DNA of 29,957 bases from Gammaproteobacteria bacterium (lineage in GTDB: Bacteria > Pseudomonadota > Gammaproteobacteria > Chromatiales > Chromatiaceae): assembly GCA_015767355.1 (NCBI GenBank), contig JADWMH010000001.1:1-29957 (forward strand), read 5' to 3'. Below, one piece after another: positions 12,520-22,368 of the stretch. The first letter of the stretch is position 1, and the number at the start of each line of letters is the position of its first letter. The position numbers and the translations under genes were made by a program. Under the pieces are notes generated by a model. It was not told the origin of the DNA. It was given only the letters and a program-made list of their open reading frames with translations, and made no database searches.

Positions 12520-13722
12520 GTGTCTACACCTGAAATGGGAGAATTTCGCCGTATCAAGCGGCTTCCGCCCTATGTATTTGCAATTGTAAATGCACTCAAG
12601 GCGGAAGCGCGGGCGCGGGGTGAGGACATCATCGATTTCGGCATGGGGAACCCTGATCAGCCAACCCCCCAGCATATTGTCGACAAGTTGACGGAAGCCG
12701 CGAATCGCAAGGATACGCATCGCTATTCCCAGTCAAAAGGGATACCGCGTCTGCGCAAAGCGATCTGCAACTGGTATAAGAACCGTTTTGATGTGGATCT
12801 CGATGCGGAAACCCAGGCGATTGTTACTATTGGCTCCAAGGAGGGGTTGGCGCATCTGGCGCTGGCCTGCATGGGGCCGGGCGACTCAGTGCTGGTACCC
12901 AATCCCGCCTATCCTATCCATCCCTGGGGGTTTGTCATTTCCGGAGCGGATGTGCGCCATGTGCCGATGACGCCGAACGTCGATTTCTTCGAAGAGTTGA
13001 AAAATGCGATTGTCGACTCCTGGCCGCTGCCGAAAATGCTGGTCATCAATTTCCCCGGAAATCCGACAACCCATTGCGTCGAGCTCGATTTTTTTGAACG
13101 CGTCATCGAGATAGCCAAAGAACACAATATCTGGGTGGTTCATGATATCGCCTACGCAGATATCGTGTTCGATGGTTACAAGGCGCCATCCATACTTCAG
13201 GTCCCCGGAGCCGATGAGATTGCAGTGGAGTTTTTCTCTCTCTCCAAGAGTTATAATATGCCCGGCTGGCGCGTCGGCTTTATGTGCGGCAACAAGACGC
13301 TGGTCGGAGCACTGGCGCAGATAAAATCCTATCTCGACTACGGCACTTTCACGCCGATTCAGGTTGCTGCAATTGCAGCGCTTGAGGGGCCGCAGGATTG
13401 TGTTGATGAAATTCGCAACATGTATCAGTGTCGGCGGGATGTGCTGTGCGAGGGATTGAATGCTGTTGGCTGGAAGGTTGAAAAACCGAAGGCAACCATG
13501 TTCGTGTGGGCAAAAATCCCACAGCAGTACCAGCATCTGGGGTCACTGGAATTTTGCAAAAAGCTGATCAGTGAAGCACGGGTGGCGGTCTCTCCGGGGA
13601 TAGGCTTCGGCCAGCATGGGGATGATCATGTGCGCTTCAGCCTGATCGAAAATGAGCAGAGAACCCGCCAGGCGTTGCGCGGCATACGTGAAATGTTTCG
13701 CCAGGATGGTGTGGATACATAG
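12520..13722 (+). CDS. alaC: PLP-dependent alanine transaminase (class I/II aminotransferase)
   Basis: [57 protein letters not shown]; GTG start. Confidence 0.92.
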   Translation: MSTPEMGEFRRIKRLPPYVFAIVNALKAEARARGEDIIDFGMGNPDQPTPQHIVDKLTEAANRKDTHRYSQSKGIPRLRKAICNWYKNRFDVDLDAETQAIVTIGSKEGLAHLALACMGPGDSVLVPNPAYPIHPWGFVISGADVRHVPMTPNVDFFEELKNAIVDSWPLPKMLVINFPGNPTTHCVELDFFERVIEIAKEHNIWVVHDIAYADIVFDGYKAPSILQVPGADEIAVEFFSLSKSYNMPGWRVGFMCGNKTLVGALAQIKSYLDYGTFTPIQVAAIAALEGPQDCVDEIRNMYQCRRDVLCEGLNAVGWKVEKPKATMFVWAKIPQQYQHLGSLEFCKKLISEARVAVSPGIGFGQHGDDHVRFSLIENEQRTRQALRGIREMFRQDGVDT

Positions 13723-13880
13723 CGAGACCATGTCTCAGACTGGCAAGGCATGAAAAAAACTTTCTCTCGCAAAGACCGCAAAGAACGCCAAGAAAAACCT
13801 TTGCGCCCTTGGCGGTCTTAGCGAGAGAGTTTCTTGTAATACCTGACTCATCTGTAAAGATGTTGGTCACTCAAGAATTA
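13720..13880 (-). mobile_element. MITE-like element, copy B (inverted relative to copy A)
   Basis: Same three conserved blocks as 10790..10991. Central imperfect palindrome CTCTCGCAAAGACCGCAAAG...CTTGGCGGTCTTAGCGAGAG. TA at both ends; the left TA is part of the alaC TAG stop. Confidence 0.7.
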
Positions 13881-13888
13881 CTAGAGGA

Positions 13889-15202
13889 ATGACGTTGAAG
13901 AGAGTGAATATTGGTCTGCTTGGACTGGGAACGGTCGGTGGTGGAACCCTGAATGTGCTGCTGCGCAATGCAGAAGAGATCAGCAGGCGCACTGGCCGCG
14001 AGCTGCGAGTCACCTGCGCCGCAGCCAAAGATTATGATCCGAAACTGCTGGATGGCATCGAAGATGTCAGCGTCTATGATGACGCACAACAGGTGCTCTC
14101 TGATCCCGGTGTCGATATCGTGGTGGAACTGATTGGAGGCTACTCACCGGCGCGCGAATTCGTTCTTGAGGCGATTCGTCATGGCAAGCATGTCGTGACG
14201 GCCAACAAGGCGCTGATCGCCACGCATGGTGAAGAGATCTTTGCGGCTGCGCGCGAGAAAGGAGTCACCGTCGCCTTCGAGGCTGCGGTAGCCGGCGGAA
14301 TTCCGATTATCAAGGCGCTGCGTGAAGGACTTTCCGCCAACCGCATCGAGTGGATTGCCGGCATCATCAACGGCACTGGAAATTTTATTCTCTCGGAGAT
14401 GCGCGACAAGGGACGTGATTTTGCTGATGTGTTGAAAGAGGCGCAGCAGCTTGGTTACGCCGAGGTTGATCCCACCTTCGACGTGGAGGGAATCGATGCC
14501 GCGCACAAGCTGACGATCATGGCTTCCCTGGCATTTGGCATGCCGCTCAAATTTGACGAGACCTCTACAGAGGGCATCACAAAGATCGAGCCTCGTGACG
14601 TCACCTATGCCGGTGAACTTGGTTATCGCATCAAGCATCTTGGAATCACCAAACGCACCGATGCCGGCGTCGAGTTGCGTGTGCACCCGACGCTCATTCC
14701 TGAAGGGCGGCTGCTGGCGAATGTCGATGGTGTCATGAATGCCGTGCTGGTCAAGGGCGATATGCTCGGCCCGACTCTCTATTACGGCGCTGGAGCCGGG
14801 TCGTTGCCGACAGCCTCCGCAGTGGTTGCAGATATCATCGATGTTGCGCGCACTATGGACTCTCCTGAGAGTCGTGTTCCATGCCAGGGGTTTCAGAACG
14901 GTGCGATAGAGGATATCCCTGTGGTACCCATGGATGAGATTGAAACATCCTATTATCTACGGCTCAGTGTCAGGGACGATCCCGGTGTGATGGCCGAGAT
15001 ATCGACGCTGCTGGCGAATGCAGGCATCAGTATCGAGGCGATGCATCAGTATGAGACTCACGGTGAAAATGGCCGGGTGCCGCTGGTGATGCTGATCCAC
15101 CACACGCTTGAGAAAACCATGAATGAAGCTATCAGGCAGTTGGAGTCACTGGATGTCGTGGAAGGCGAGGTTGTACGCATTCGTATGGAGCATTTGAGTT
15201 GA
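13889..15202 (+). CDS. hom: Homoserine dehydrogenase with C-terminal ACT domain
   Basis: GLLGLGTVGGG, VVTANKAL, FEAAVAGGIPII, GIINGTGNFIL, DPTFDVEGIDAAHK, YYLRL.V.D.PGV. Confidence 0.97.
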   Translation: MTLKRVNIGLLGLGTVGGGTLNVLLRNAEEISRRTGRELRVTCAAAKDYDPKLLDGIEDVSVYDDAQQVLSDPGVDIVVELIGGYSPAREFVLEAIRHGKHVVTANKALIATHGEEIFAAAREKGVTVAFEAAVAGGIPIIKALREGLSANRIEWIAGIINGTGNFILSEMRDKGRDFADVLKEAQQLGYAEVDPTFDVEGIDAAHKLTIMASLAFGMPLKFDETSTEGITKIEPRDVTYAGELGYRIKHLGITKRTDAGVELRVHPTLIPEGRLLANVDGVMNAVLVKGDMLGPTLYYGAGAGSLPTASAVVADIIDVARTMDSPESRVPCQGFQNGAIEDIPVVPMDEIETSYYLRLSVRDDPGVMAEISTLLANAGISIEAMHQYETHGENGRVPLVMLIHHTLEKTMNEAIRQLESLDVVEGEVVRIRMEHLS

Positions 15203-15207
15203 AAGAA

Positions 15208-15310
15208 AGTTTGCAGTCGTCAGTTATGTAGTTTGCAGCTGGCTATGACCCGATTAAAGTTCTGCCAACTGCCAACTGCCAACTTCCGACTTCTAACTTC
15301 CAACTGCCAA
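15208..15310. repeat. Heptanucleotide tandem repeats arranged as an inverted pair
   Basis: Seven units CTGCCAA/CTTCCAA variants at 15262-15310; five degenerate complementary units (AGTTTGC/AGCTGGC-like) at 15208-15243. Confidence 0.8.
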
Positions 15311-15322
15311 CTTCAGTTCACC

Positions 15323-16279
15323 ATGCTAACCCAGTATCTTCTCGTTCCCGGCCTGTTTGAGCCGCCGGATCCTGAATTTGACGGCCATTTCCCCCATCTC
15401 GACATGCTCTTGTCTAGAAGTGACCATGTCGTTGAAAAAAATGACGATTTTGAATCGCTTTTGTGCTCTCACTTTGATGTTGCTCCACCGCCAGAGCAGG
15501 ATCTTCCATCGGCCTCGCTGATGTTGTCTGGAGAGGGAGGGGAGCCGCTAACGGACAACTGGGCAGTTGTGGCGCCGGTGAGCCTGCATGTGGACCGCGA
15601 TCGGCTGCTGCTGATTCCGTTGCCGCTCGAAGATGTCGAACATTCTGAAGTCGACAGACTCCGCGAGGCGTTCAATCAGCACTTCAGTGATGACGGGGTT
15701 GAATTGATCACAGATTTCCCCCGCCACTGGTATCTGCGCCTGCAGCAACCGCGCCAGCTGACAACCTCGTCACTGGCGCAGGTAGCCGGGCGCACGCTTG
15801 ACCCATTCCTCCCCGCCGGAGCAGATGCCGGGTGGCTGCGCAGGCTGCTGAATGAGTCACAGATGCTCCTGCATAGCCTGGAGATCGAGGGTTTCAACAG
15901 CCTGTGGATATGGGGTGTCGGTCAGCTGCCTGAAGCAGTGCGTTGTCATTTCGGGGAGCTCTCGGGCGACAATCTTCTTCTGTGTGGTTTGCAGACGAAT
16001 GCAGTTCCAGAGTGTCGAGGTGAAGCCCGTTTAATGGTGAAAGATGCATCTCTGCAGGCTGTCGAGTCGGGAGATCAGCAGCAGTGGCTGCGGGCGATGC
16101 AGGATCTGGATGCCACTGTCGAAGAGTTGTTGAAGGCGTTGTCAAATGGTGACATCCGCAAAATCATCCTTCAGGACGGCAGCGGCAACAGCTTTCATTA
16201 TCGATTTTTTATGCGCTTTCGCCTGTGGCGCAGCCGCTTCAATGCTGAACAATCCGCTGATAGGGGTGTCACAAATTAA
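15323..16279 (+). CDS. Conserved protein of the RpfE / 'phosphoglycerate mutase-like' family usually found between thrC and recJ
   Basis: PV.L..DRD.L.L, LREAFNQHF..DG, WYLRL, WLRRLLNESQMLLH, NSLWIWG motifs. The ORF track start at 15233 just translates the heptamer repeat, so ATG 15323 is preferred. Family assignment from memory. Confidence 0.65.
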   Translation: MLTQYLLVPGLFEPPDPEFDGHFPHLDMLLSRSDHVVEKNDDFESLLCSHFDVAPPPEQDLPSASLMLSGEGGEPLTDNWAVVAPVSLHVDRDRLLLIPLPLEDVEHSEVDRLREAFNQHFSDDGVELITDFPRHWYLRLQQPRQLTTSSLAQVAGRTLDPFLPAGADAGWLRRLLNESQMLLHSLEIEGFNSLWIWGVGQLPEAVRCHFGELSGDNLLLCGLQTNAVPECRGEARLMVKDASLQAVESGDQQQWLRAMQDLDATVEELLKALSNGDIRKIILQDGSGNSFHYRFFMRFRLWRSRFNAEQSADRGVTN

Positions 16280-16357
16280 GTAAAAAGAGTATCATAGATC
16301 GCTTATTTTGCTTGCGTTGCGGCTTGTCCCTTCAGCTGCTGCTTCGGAAATGTCATC

Positions 16358-18982
16358 ATGGCTGCTAAATCCAGAAAAACGACTGCGAAGTCAGACCGCT
16401 CGGGAAGAAAGGCGCCGACTCTATTCGGAGCAAAGAAAAAGCGTGCGCCGGCAAAAAAAAAGCGGGCGTCGACAAAGAGAAAGTCTGCGACGCCAAAGAG
16501 CCGCAAAAAGACTACAATAAAAAACAAAAGGTCTGTTAAATCAAGGAGAAAACGTCGTAAATCATCATTTACAAAACGGTTTTTAAAATTTATGTTGATC
16601 CTGCTGTTTATTGCTGCAGTCCCTCTCGGGTCTTACATGATGCAGCTCTCCGATGAGATTACCACCAGCTTCGAGGGACAGCGCTGGGCTGTTCCAGCGC
16701 GAGTCTACTCCCGTTCCATGGAGTTGTATAGCGGAGCGCCGGTATCCAGTGAGCGTCTTGTCAGCGAGTTGAAGTATCTTGGTTATCGCAAGGTCAGTCA
16801 GCCCGGCGCCACAGGAACCTGGGCGATGAACGGTGAACGCCTGCTGCTTCGCAGCCGCCCTTTTACCTTCTGGGATGGCGTCGAGCCTGAGCGCGCTCTC
16901 GATATTCGTGTTGGTGGTGGAAAGATCAAATCCATCATGAATCATGATTCTGGAAAGGAGATCGACCTGGTTCGCCTTGAGCCGCTCGAAATCGGCAGCA
17001 TCTATCCGCGCGACAACGAAGACCGTGTGATTCTGACACCGGATGATATTCCCGAGCTGCTCAAGAAGGCGCTGATTACCATCGAGGATCGGAGCTACTA
17101 TGACCATTTCGGCATAGATCCGCGCGGCATCACGCGTGCGGCTGTCTCTACCCTGGTCAAAGGGAGACGTCAGGGGGGGAGCACCATCACCCAGCAACTG
17201 GTCAAGAACTACTTTCTAACGCCTAGACGCGATCTCAAGCGCAAGAGTAAAGAGGCGCTGATGGCAATCATACTCGATGCAAAGTATGACAAGGAGGATA
17301 TCCTCGCGGCCTATGCCAATGAGATTTATCTCGGGCAGGACGGAAATCGCGAGATTCATGGTTTTGGTCTCGCCAGTGAGTTTTTCTTTGGCGTTCCGAT
17401 TGCCGAGCTCGAAATTCATCAGATTGCATTGATGGTGGGGCTTATCAAGGCTCCATCCACCTATAATCCCCGGCGAAATCCGGAAAATTCTTTGAAACGC
17501 CGTAACCTGGTTCTTGAGGTGCTTGCGGAGCAGGGAGTGATCAGTGAAGGCAGTGCTGCTGTTGCCAAGGAAAAATCGCTGGGCGTGGTCAAAAAGAAAT
17601 CCACAGGTCAGGGCGGACGTTTTCCTGCATTCATGGATCTTGTGAAGCGTCAGCTGCGGCGTGATTACCAGCCTGAAGATCTGACCTCGGAGGGACTGCG
17701 CATTTTCACCACAATGGATCCCTGGGTGCAGAAAACTGCTGAGAGTAATGTCCTGAAGCGTCTTCAGCAGCTGGAGAAACAGAAAGGTTTGCCGAAGGGC
17801 AAACTGGAGGTGGCTTCAATTATCGCCACCCCGCAGGATGGCGAGGTTCTGGCTGTCATCGGCGGGCGCAAGGCTGGCTATGCAGGCTTTAACCGCGCAC
17901 TGGATGCGACGCGTCAGATTGGCTCGCTGGTCAAACCTGCGGTCTATCTGACAGCGCTGCAATATCCGGATCGCTATGCACTCTCAACGCCTCTGGATGA
18001 CAGCAAGGTGGTATTGCACAATCGCGGCAGCAAGAGCTGGAGCCCGTCCAACTATGACCACAAGGATCATGGGGATGTGCCTCTGGAGCTGGCGCTGGCG
18101 AAATCTTATAATCAGGCGACAGTGCGCCTTGGTATGGATATCGGGGTTGACCGGGTTGTGAAAACACTACATGCGCTGGGCATGAGCAGCGAGCCTGATC
18201 CGCTGCCATCCCTGTTGCTGGGTGCAGTGAACATGACGCCGCTGGAGGTAACGCAGCTCTACCAGACGATTGCATCCGGTGGATACCGCTCGCCGCTGCG
18301 TGCGATTCGTGAGGTCATGGGGCCGGAAGGCAAGGCCTTGAAGCGTTATCCATTGACCATCAAGCGCACAGTGCCGGCCGGACCGGTCTATCTGCTCTCC
18401 AGGGCGATGCAGTCCGTGGTGACCCGGGGGACTTCGCGTTACCTGCTGAGTGCATTGCCGAAATCCCTGAATCTCGCCGGCAAAACAGGCACCACAGATA
18501 ATTTGCGTGACAGTTGGTTTGCCGGTTTTTCATCCGACTATGTCACCGTGGTATGGGTTGGACGGGATGATAACAAACCGGCTGGCCTTTCAGGATCCAG
18601 CGGCGCATTGCGAGTGTGGGCGGATATGATGAAGCCGCTAAAGCCATCTCCACTGGACCTGGTGGTTCCGGGCACCATCGAGATGGCCAGGGTTGATTCC
18701 CGCAGCGGCATGCTGTTCAATCCGGTGTGTGGCGGCAAAGGCGTTGAAATGCCCTTTCTCAGAGGCTATACGCCATATGAGGAGGCATACTGCGATTCTG
18801 ATTACCTGTTGGCGCCTGCTCCTGCACGGGGGAGTTCAAACCAGGTGACGCGACCGGGAAGAGGATCCAGGGACAGCGACGGCCATCCTGATTTTAATGG
18901 TGATTCATGGGATAATAATCGATCCAGACCGTCGAAAAAGAGTAATGAAGGACTGGGTGGATTCCTAAGAGGTATTTTTTAA
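16358..18982 (+). CDS. mrcB: Penicillin-binding protein 1B (bifunctional transglycosylase/transpeptidase)
   Basis: Basic cytoplasmic N-terminus, one TM, UB2H-like region, EDRSYYDH, GGSTITQQLVKN, RK.KE, S510-equivalent SLVK, SYN, KTGT. Confidence 0.96.
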   Translation: MAAKSRKTTAKSDRSGRKAPTLFGAKKKRAPAKKKRASTKRKSATPKSRKKTTIKNKRSVKSRRKRRKSSFTKRFLKFMLILLFIAAVPLGSYMMQLSDEITTSFEGQRWAVPARVYSRSMELYSGAPVSSERLVSELKYLGYRKVSQPGATGTWAMNGERLLLRSRPFTFWDGVEPERALDIRVGGGKIKSIMNHDSGKEIDLVRLEPLEIGSIYPRDNEDRVILTPDDIPELLKKALITIEDRSYYDHFGIDPRGITRAAVSTLVKGRRQGGSTITQQLVKNYFLTPRRDLKRKSKEALMAIILDAKYDKEDILAAYANEIYLGQDGNREIHGFGLASEFFFGVPIAELEIHQIALMVGLIKAPSTYNPRRNPENSLKRRNLVLEVLAEQGVISEGSAAVAKEKSLGVVKKKSTGQGGRFPAFMDLVKRQLRRDYQPEDLTSEGLRIFTTMDPWVQKTAESNVLKRLQQLEKQKGLPKGKLEVASIIATPQDGEVLAVIGGRKAGYAGFNRALDATRQIGSLVKPAVYLTALQYPDRYALSTPLDDSKVVLHNRGSKSWSPSNYDHKDHGDVPLELALAKSYNQATVRLGMDIGVDRVVKTLHALGMSSEPDPLPSLLLGAVNMTPLEVTQLYQTIASGGYRSPLRAIREVMGPEGKALKRYPLTIKRTVPAGPVYLLSRAMQSVVTRGTSRYLLSALPKSLNLAGKTGTTDNLRDSWFAGFSSDYVTVVWVGRDDNKPAGLSGSSGALRVWADMMKPLKPSPLDLVVPGTIEMARVDSRSGMLFNPVCGGKGVEMPFLRGYTPYEEAYCDSDYLLAPAPARGSSNQVTRPGRGSRDSDGHPDFNGDSWDNNRSRPSKKSNEGLGGFLRGIF

Positions 18983-19587
18983 TGAAAACATTGATTGTAT
19001 TGGCGCAGCTGCTGTTTATTGTTCAATTGGCAGGTTGTACCAACTCCACACCGCGAGTCAAGCCGGCGCCGGTTTATCAGCATGGAGAGCGGGTTGGCGG
19101 AGGTTCGACAAGCGCGCTTGAGATGCCTGAGATAGGAACAGAAGAGGGCGGCGAATATGGCCAGGAGCCCGGCGAAGAGTATCGGGTCAGCGAACTCGAC
19201 AGTGATGTTCCGCAGGCGCCGACAGACTCTCCCGTCACTGATTTGAGCAGCAACTCTTTATCGTCCGGTGGTGAACAGGTTGCCTATGCCGGTTCTGCCG
19301 ATTCGGGCGCCTCCATGGGTAAGGCGGCGAATTCACTGTTGGAGAAGGCCGAATCCCAGCAACAGGCTGGCGACCTCAGCGGTGCTGCATCGACACTGGA
19401 ACGTGCTGTGCGTATCGAATCGCGTAACCCGCTGCTGTGGAATCGCCTCGCAAATGTGCGTCTGCAACAGGGACACAGTGATCTTGCGGTCGAGTTCGCT
19501 TCAAAATCGAGTGAATTCGCTGGCTCTGACGAGGCTCTGAAGCAGAATAACTCCGAAATCATCGACAAGGCGAATTCGCCCAGATGA
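18982..19587 (+). CDS. TPR-containing lipoprotein conserved downstream of mrcB
   Basis: Lipobox LAGC; low-complexity linker; C-terminal TPR (AASTLERAVRIESRNPLLWNRLA.VRLQQG); TAATG coupling to mrcB. Confidence 0.8.
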   Translation: MKTLIVLAQLLFIVQLAGCTNSTPRVKPAPVYQHGERVGGGSTSALEMPEIGTEEGGEYGQEPGEEYRVSELDSDVPQAPTDSPVTDLSSNSLSSGGEQVAYAGSADSGASMGKAANSLLEKAESQQQAGDLSGAASTLERAVRIESRNPLLWNRLANVRLQQGHSDLAVEFASKSSEFAGSDEALKQNNSEIIDKANSPR

Positions 19588-19620
19588 TTTCCCGGAAAAT
19601 CTCCTCCATCATGGTGACTC

Positions 19621-20691
19621 ATGCCGGTTAATCTGCTCGACCTGGATCGCAGCGGACTTGAGTCTCTGTGTGTGGAGCTTGGTTTCAAGGCCTATCAGGG
19701 ACGCAACCTGCTGAAGTGGATTCACAAGCATGGCGTGGTCGATTTTGACGCCATGACGGACCTGCCGAAACGGCTGCGTGAAGAGCTTCTACTGCACACC
19801 GAGATTCGCCTGCCGAAGATCGTATTTGAACAACCCTCTCTTGACGGTACGATCAAGCGGTTGCTCGAGATAGATGGCGGGCAGCGCATCGAGACGGTCT
19901 TTATCCCTGAGGAGAACAGAGGCACCCTGTGTGTCTCTTCCCAGGTCGGTTGTGCGCTGGAGTGCTCTTTCTGCTCTACAGGACAGCAGGGTTTCAATCG
20001 CAATCTGAGCGTTAGTGAGATTATCGGACAGCTGTGGTTGGCCGTGCATTTGCTCAACGAGCAACAGGCAGTGACGAATGTGGTCATGATGGGAATGGGT
20101 GAACCGCTGGCGAACTTCGATGCGGTTGTCTCGGCTATGGATATCATGCAGGATGACCTGGCCTATCAGCTCTCCAAGCATAAGGTGACTCTGAGTACTT
20201 CGGGTATCGTTCCGGCATTAAAGGCGCTGCGGCAGGCAACGGATGTCTGCCTGGCAGTTTCATTGCATGCAGCAGAAAACCAGCTGCGTGATGAGCTGGT
20301 GCCTATCAATAAAAAATATCCTCTGGAGCAGTTGATCCCTGCCTGCAGGGAGTACATCAAGGATGACAAGCGGCGCAAGATCACCTGGGAATATGTGATG
20401 CTGGATGGGGTCAACGACAGCAATCGTGATGCCCGTGCATTGATCCGCTTGCTCGAAGGCATTCCCTCCAAGGTCAATCTGATTCCATTTAATCCGTTTC
20501 CGGGTACAGCATATCGCTCTTCTCCCGCTGAACGTATCGAAGAGTTCCGTCAGAGACTAAGGCGGTCGGGAATGATTGCAACCACGCGCAAAACCCGCGG
20601 AAACGATATTGATGCAGCATGCGGACAGCTGGTCGGAAAAGTAAATGATCGAAGCAACCGTCAGCTGCGCATGGCGATGAGAAACACATGA
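19621..20691 (+). CDS. rlmN: Dual-specificity 23S rRNA A2503/tRNA A37 C2-methyltransferase
   Basis: [20 protein letters not shown] (CxxxCxxC), [19 protein letters not shown]. Confidence 0.97.
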   Translation: MPVNLLDLDRSGLESLCVELGFKAYQGRNLLKWIHKHGVVDFDAMTDLPKRLREELLLHTEIRLPKIVFEQPSLDGTIKRLLEIDGGQRIETVFIPEENRGTLCVSSQVGCALECSFCSTGQQGFNRNLSVSEIIGQLWLAVHLLNEQQAVTNVVMMGMGEPLANFDAVVSAMDIMQDDLAYQLSKHKVTLSTSGIVPALKALRQATDVCLAVSLHAAENQLRDELVPINKKYPLEQLIPACREYIKDDKRRKITWEYVMLDGVNDSNRDARALIRLLEGIPSKVNLIPFNPFPGTAYRSSPAERIEEFRQRLRRSGMIATTRKTRGNDIDAACGQLVGKVNDRSNRQLRMAMRNT

Positions 20692-21266
20692 TGAGAAAAA
20701 TATTGCATCACTCTTTGTGGTTGCCGCTGCTGCTTATACTTGCTGCCTGTGAAACCACCGGTGGCCGTGATCCTGCCACGAATATGATCCAGTACTCGAG
20801 TAACAGCCCGGCCGTCGCTTATGTGGAACTTGCAAAGGCTTACATGGAGCAGGGAAAAATGGCTATTGCACTGGAAAATGCTATAGAAGCCGTCAGGCTT
20901 GATCGTAATCATGCCGAAGCACAGCTTGTGTTGGCATTGATCTACCAAAATATGAATAGTTTTGACATGGCTGCGAAGCACTATTCCCGCGCCAAAAAGC
21001 TGGCGCCAAATGATCCTATGGTAGCAAATGCCTATGGTGCGTTTTTGTGTGCAGAGCGGCGCTATGCTGAAGCTGATTCCGAATTTAACATGGCCGCAGC
21101 AAGCGTCATGAATCCCTCTCCATGGGTTGCCTCGACCAATGCCGGTTTATGCCAGGAAAGCAGTGGTCGATATGCTTTGGCAAAATCCAGCATGCGCCAG
21201 GCGCTGCAGCAAAATCCGAACTATGAGCCGGCTAAAAAAGGGCTGGCCAGATTAAAAAGATATTGA
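20688..21266 (+). CDS. pilW: Type IV pilus biogenesis/stability TPR lipoprotein PilW/PilF (short form)
   Basis: Lipobox LAAC, TPRs (LA..Y...G....[14 protein letters not shown]), canonical slot between rlmN and rodZ. Confidence 0.8.
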   Translation: MMRKILHHSLWLPLLLILAACETTGGRDPATNMIQYSSNSPAVAYVELAKAYMEQGKMAIALENAIEAVRLDRNHAEAQLVLALIYQNMNSFDMAAKHYSRAKKLAPNDPMVANAYGAFLCAERRYAEADSEFNMAAASVMNPSPWVASTNAGLCQESSGRYALAKSSMRQALQQNPNYEPAKKGLARLKRY

Positions 21267-21285
21267 GTTACAGGATCTTCAACAG

Positions 21286-22368
21286 ATGACAGAGATTAAC
21301 GAGGACGAGAGTCAAATCGCAGTGGATGAAACTGCCGGCTCACAATTGAAGGCGGCGCGTGAGGCTGTTGAGATGACGATTGAGGAGGCTGCAGAACAAC
21401 TGCATCTGCTCAGGGAGACAGTCATTGCACTGGAGGAAGATGATGCATCCAAACTTCCGTCACGCGTCTTTACACTGGGCTATCTGAAAAATTATGCACG
21501 CATACTTGACGTGCCGGAATCTTATATTCTCGGGCTGCTCAAGGAGGAGGTCAATGAGGTCGAAGAGATCAGGAGTCTGCAACAACCCCGTGCGCCTAAA
21601 ATACGAATCCGCAGACATCAACAGGTTAACGGTGGCCGCCTGTTTGGTAAGCTGATTACCGGGTTGATTCTGATCGCAATCATTGTGCTGGCGGTTCTCT
21701 GGTGGAGGGGTGCAATTCAACTGCCGGATATGAGTGATTTGCCATTTCTCCCGGCCGCTGAAAAACACAAGAGCGTCGAGACAAGCGGTGATGACGGCTC
21801 TGAATCGCTCACTTTACCCATCGGTGATGGGCAGGCTTCTCAAAATGAAACCGGGCAGGATGTGATCGTTGCCGCGGATGAAGCCGCGTCAAAAGATAGT
21901 GATGAGGATCTTCTCGAGTTGTCGCTTGAGACAGCGGGTGATGAAACAACCGCTGAAGCAGGTGACAGCGAAGATACCAGTACGGATGCAGAAGAGGCCT
22001 CAAGTGAAACATCAGGAGAAACATCAATAACATCCCAGACTGCCGGGAAGACAGCGGTGAGTGATGACGTCGTCGTTGTTGTTGCAACAGATGCTGCCGG
22101 AGAGACGCAAGCAGGCGGCGAGCACAAGGTCACACTCGATTTCAGTGATAACTGCTGGGTGAATGTCAATGATGCCGAGGGTAAAATCGTCCTCTTTGGA
22201 GATATACCGGCCGGTTCGAGCAAAACATTGGAAGGAAGCGCACCCTTTACCTTTGTTCTGGGTAATGCGGCCAAGGTGAAAGTCTCTATTGATGGACGTC
22301 CTTACGATATTGCCCCTCATATCAAGGGCGGTGTTGCGCGTTTTTCTCTGGGTGAGCCGGTCGAGTGA
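21286..22368 (+). CDS. rodZ: Cytoskeleton protein RodZ
   Basis: N-terminal HTH (G.QLKAARE...LEEDD..LP...[11 protein letters not shown]), one TM, acidic linker, C-terminal DUF4115 (CWVNV.DA.G, LGNA..V.V). Confidence 0.92.
   Translation: MTEINEDESQIAVDETAGSQLKAAREAVEMTIEEAAEQLHLLRETVIALEEDDASKLPSRVFTLGYLKNYARILDVPESYILGLLKEEVNEVEEIRSLQQPRAPKIRIRRHQQVNGGRLFGKLITGLILIAIIVLAVLWWRGAIQLPDMSDLPFLPAAEKHKSVETSGDDGSESLTLPIGDGQASQNETGQDVIVAADEAASKDSDEDLLELSLETAGDETTAEAGDSEDTSTDAEEASSETSGETSITSQTAGKTAVSDDVVVVVATDAAGETQAGGEHKVTLDFSDNCWVNVNDAEGKIVLFGDIPAGSSKTLEGSAPFTFVLGNAAKVKVSIDGRPYDIAPHIKGGVARFSLGEPVE

Noticed and set aside
13637-13870. 77-aa minus ORF and the ORFs at 10585..10992 and 10762..11052
   Set aside because: They are translations of the miniature element (e.g. 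AKTAKGAK) and overlap real genes.
15208-15310. Possible CRISPR array
   Set aside because: 7-bp contiguous units without unique spacers; no cas genes.
15233-15322. 30-residue N-terminal extension in the ORF track (CQLPTANF...)
   Set aside because: It is the heptamer repeat read in frame; family-like sequence starts at ATG 15323.
16358-16580. Very K/R-rich N-terminus of PBP1B
   Set aside because: Charged cytoplasmic tails are usual for PBP1B.
21760-22110. Acidic low-complexity stretch in rodZ
   Set aside because: Normal variable periplasmic linker of RodZ; no DNA-level tandem repeat seen.
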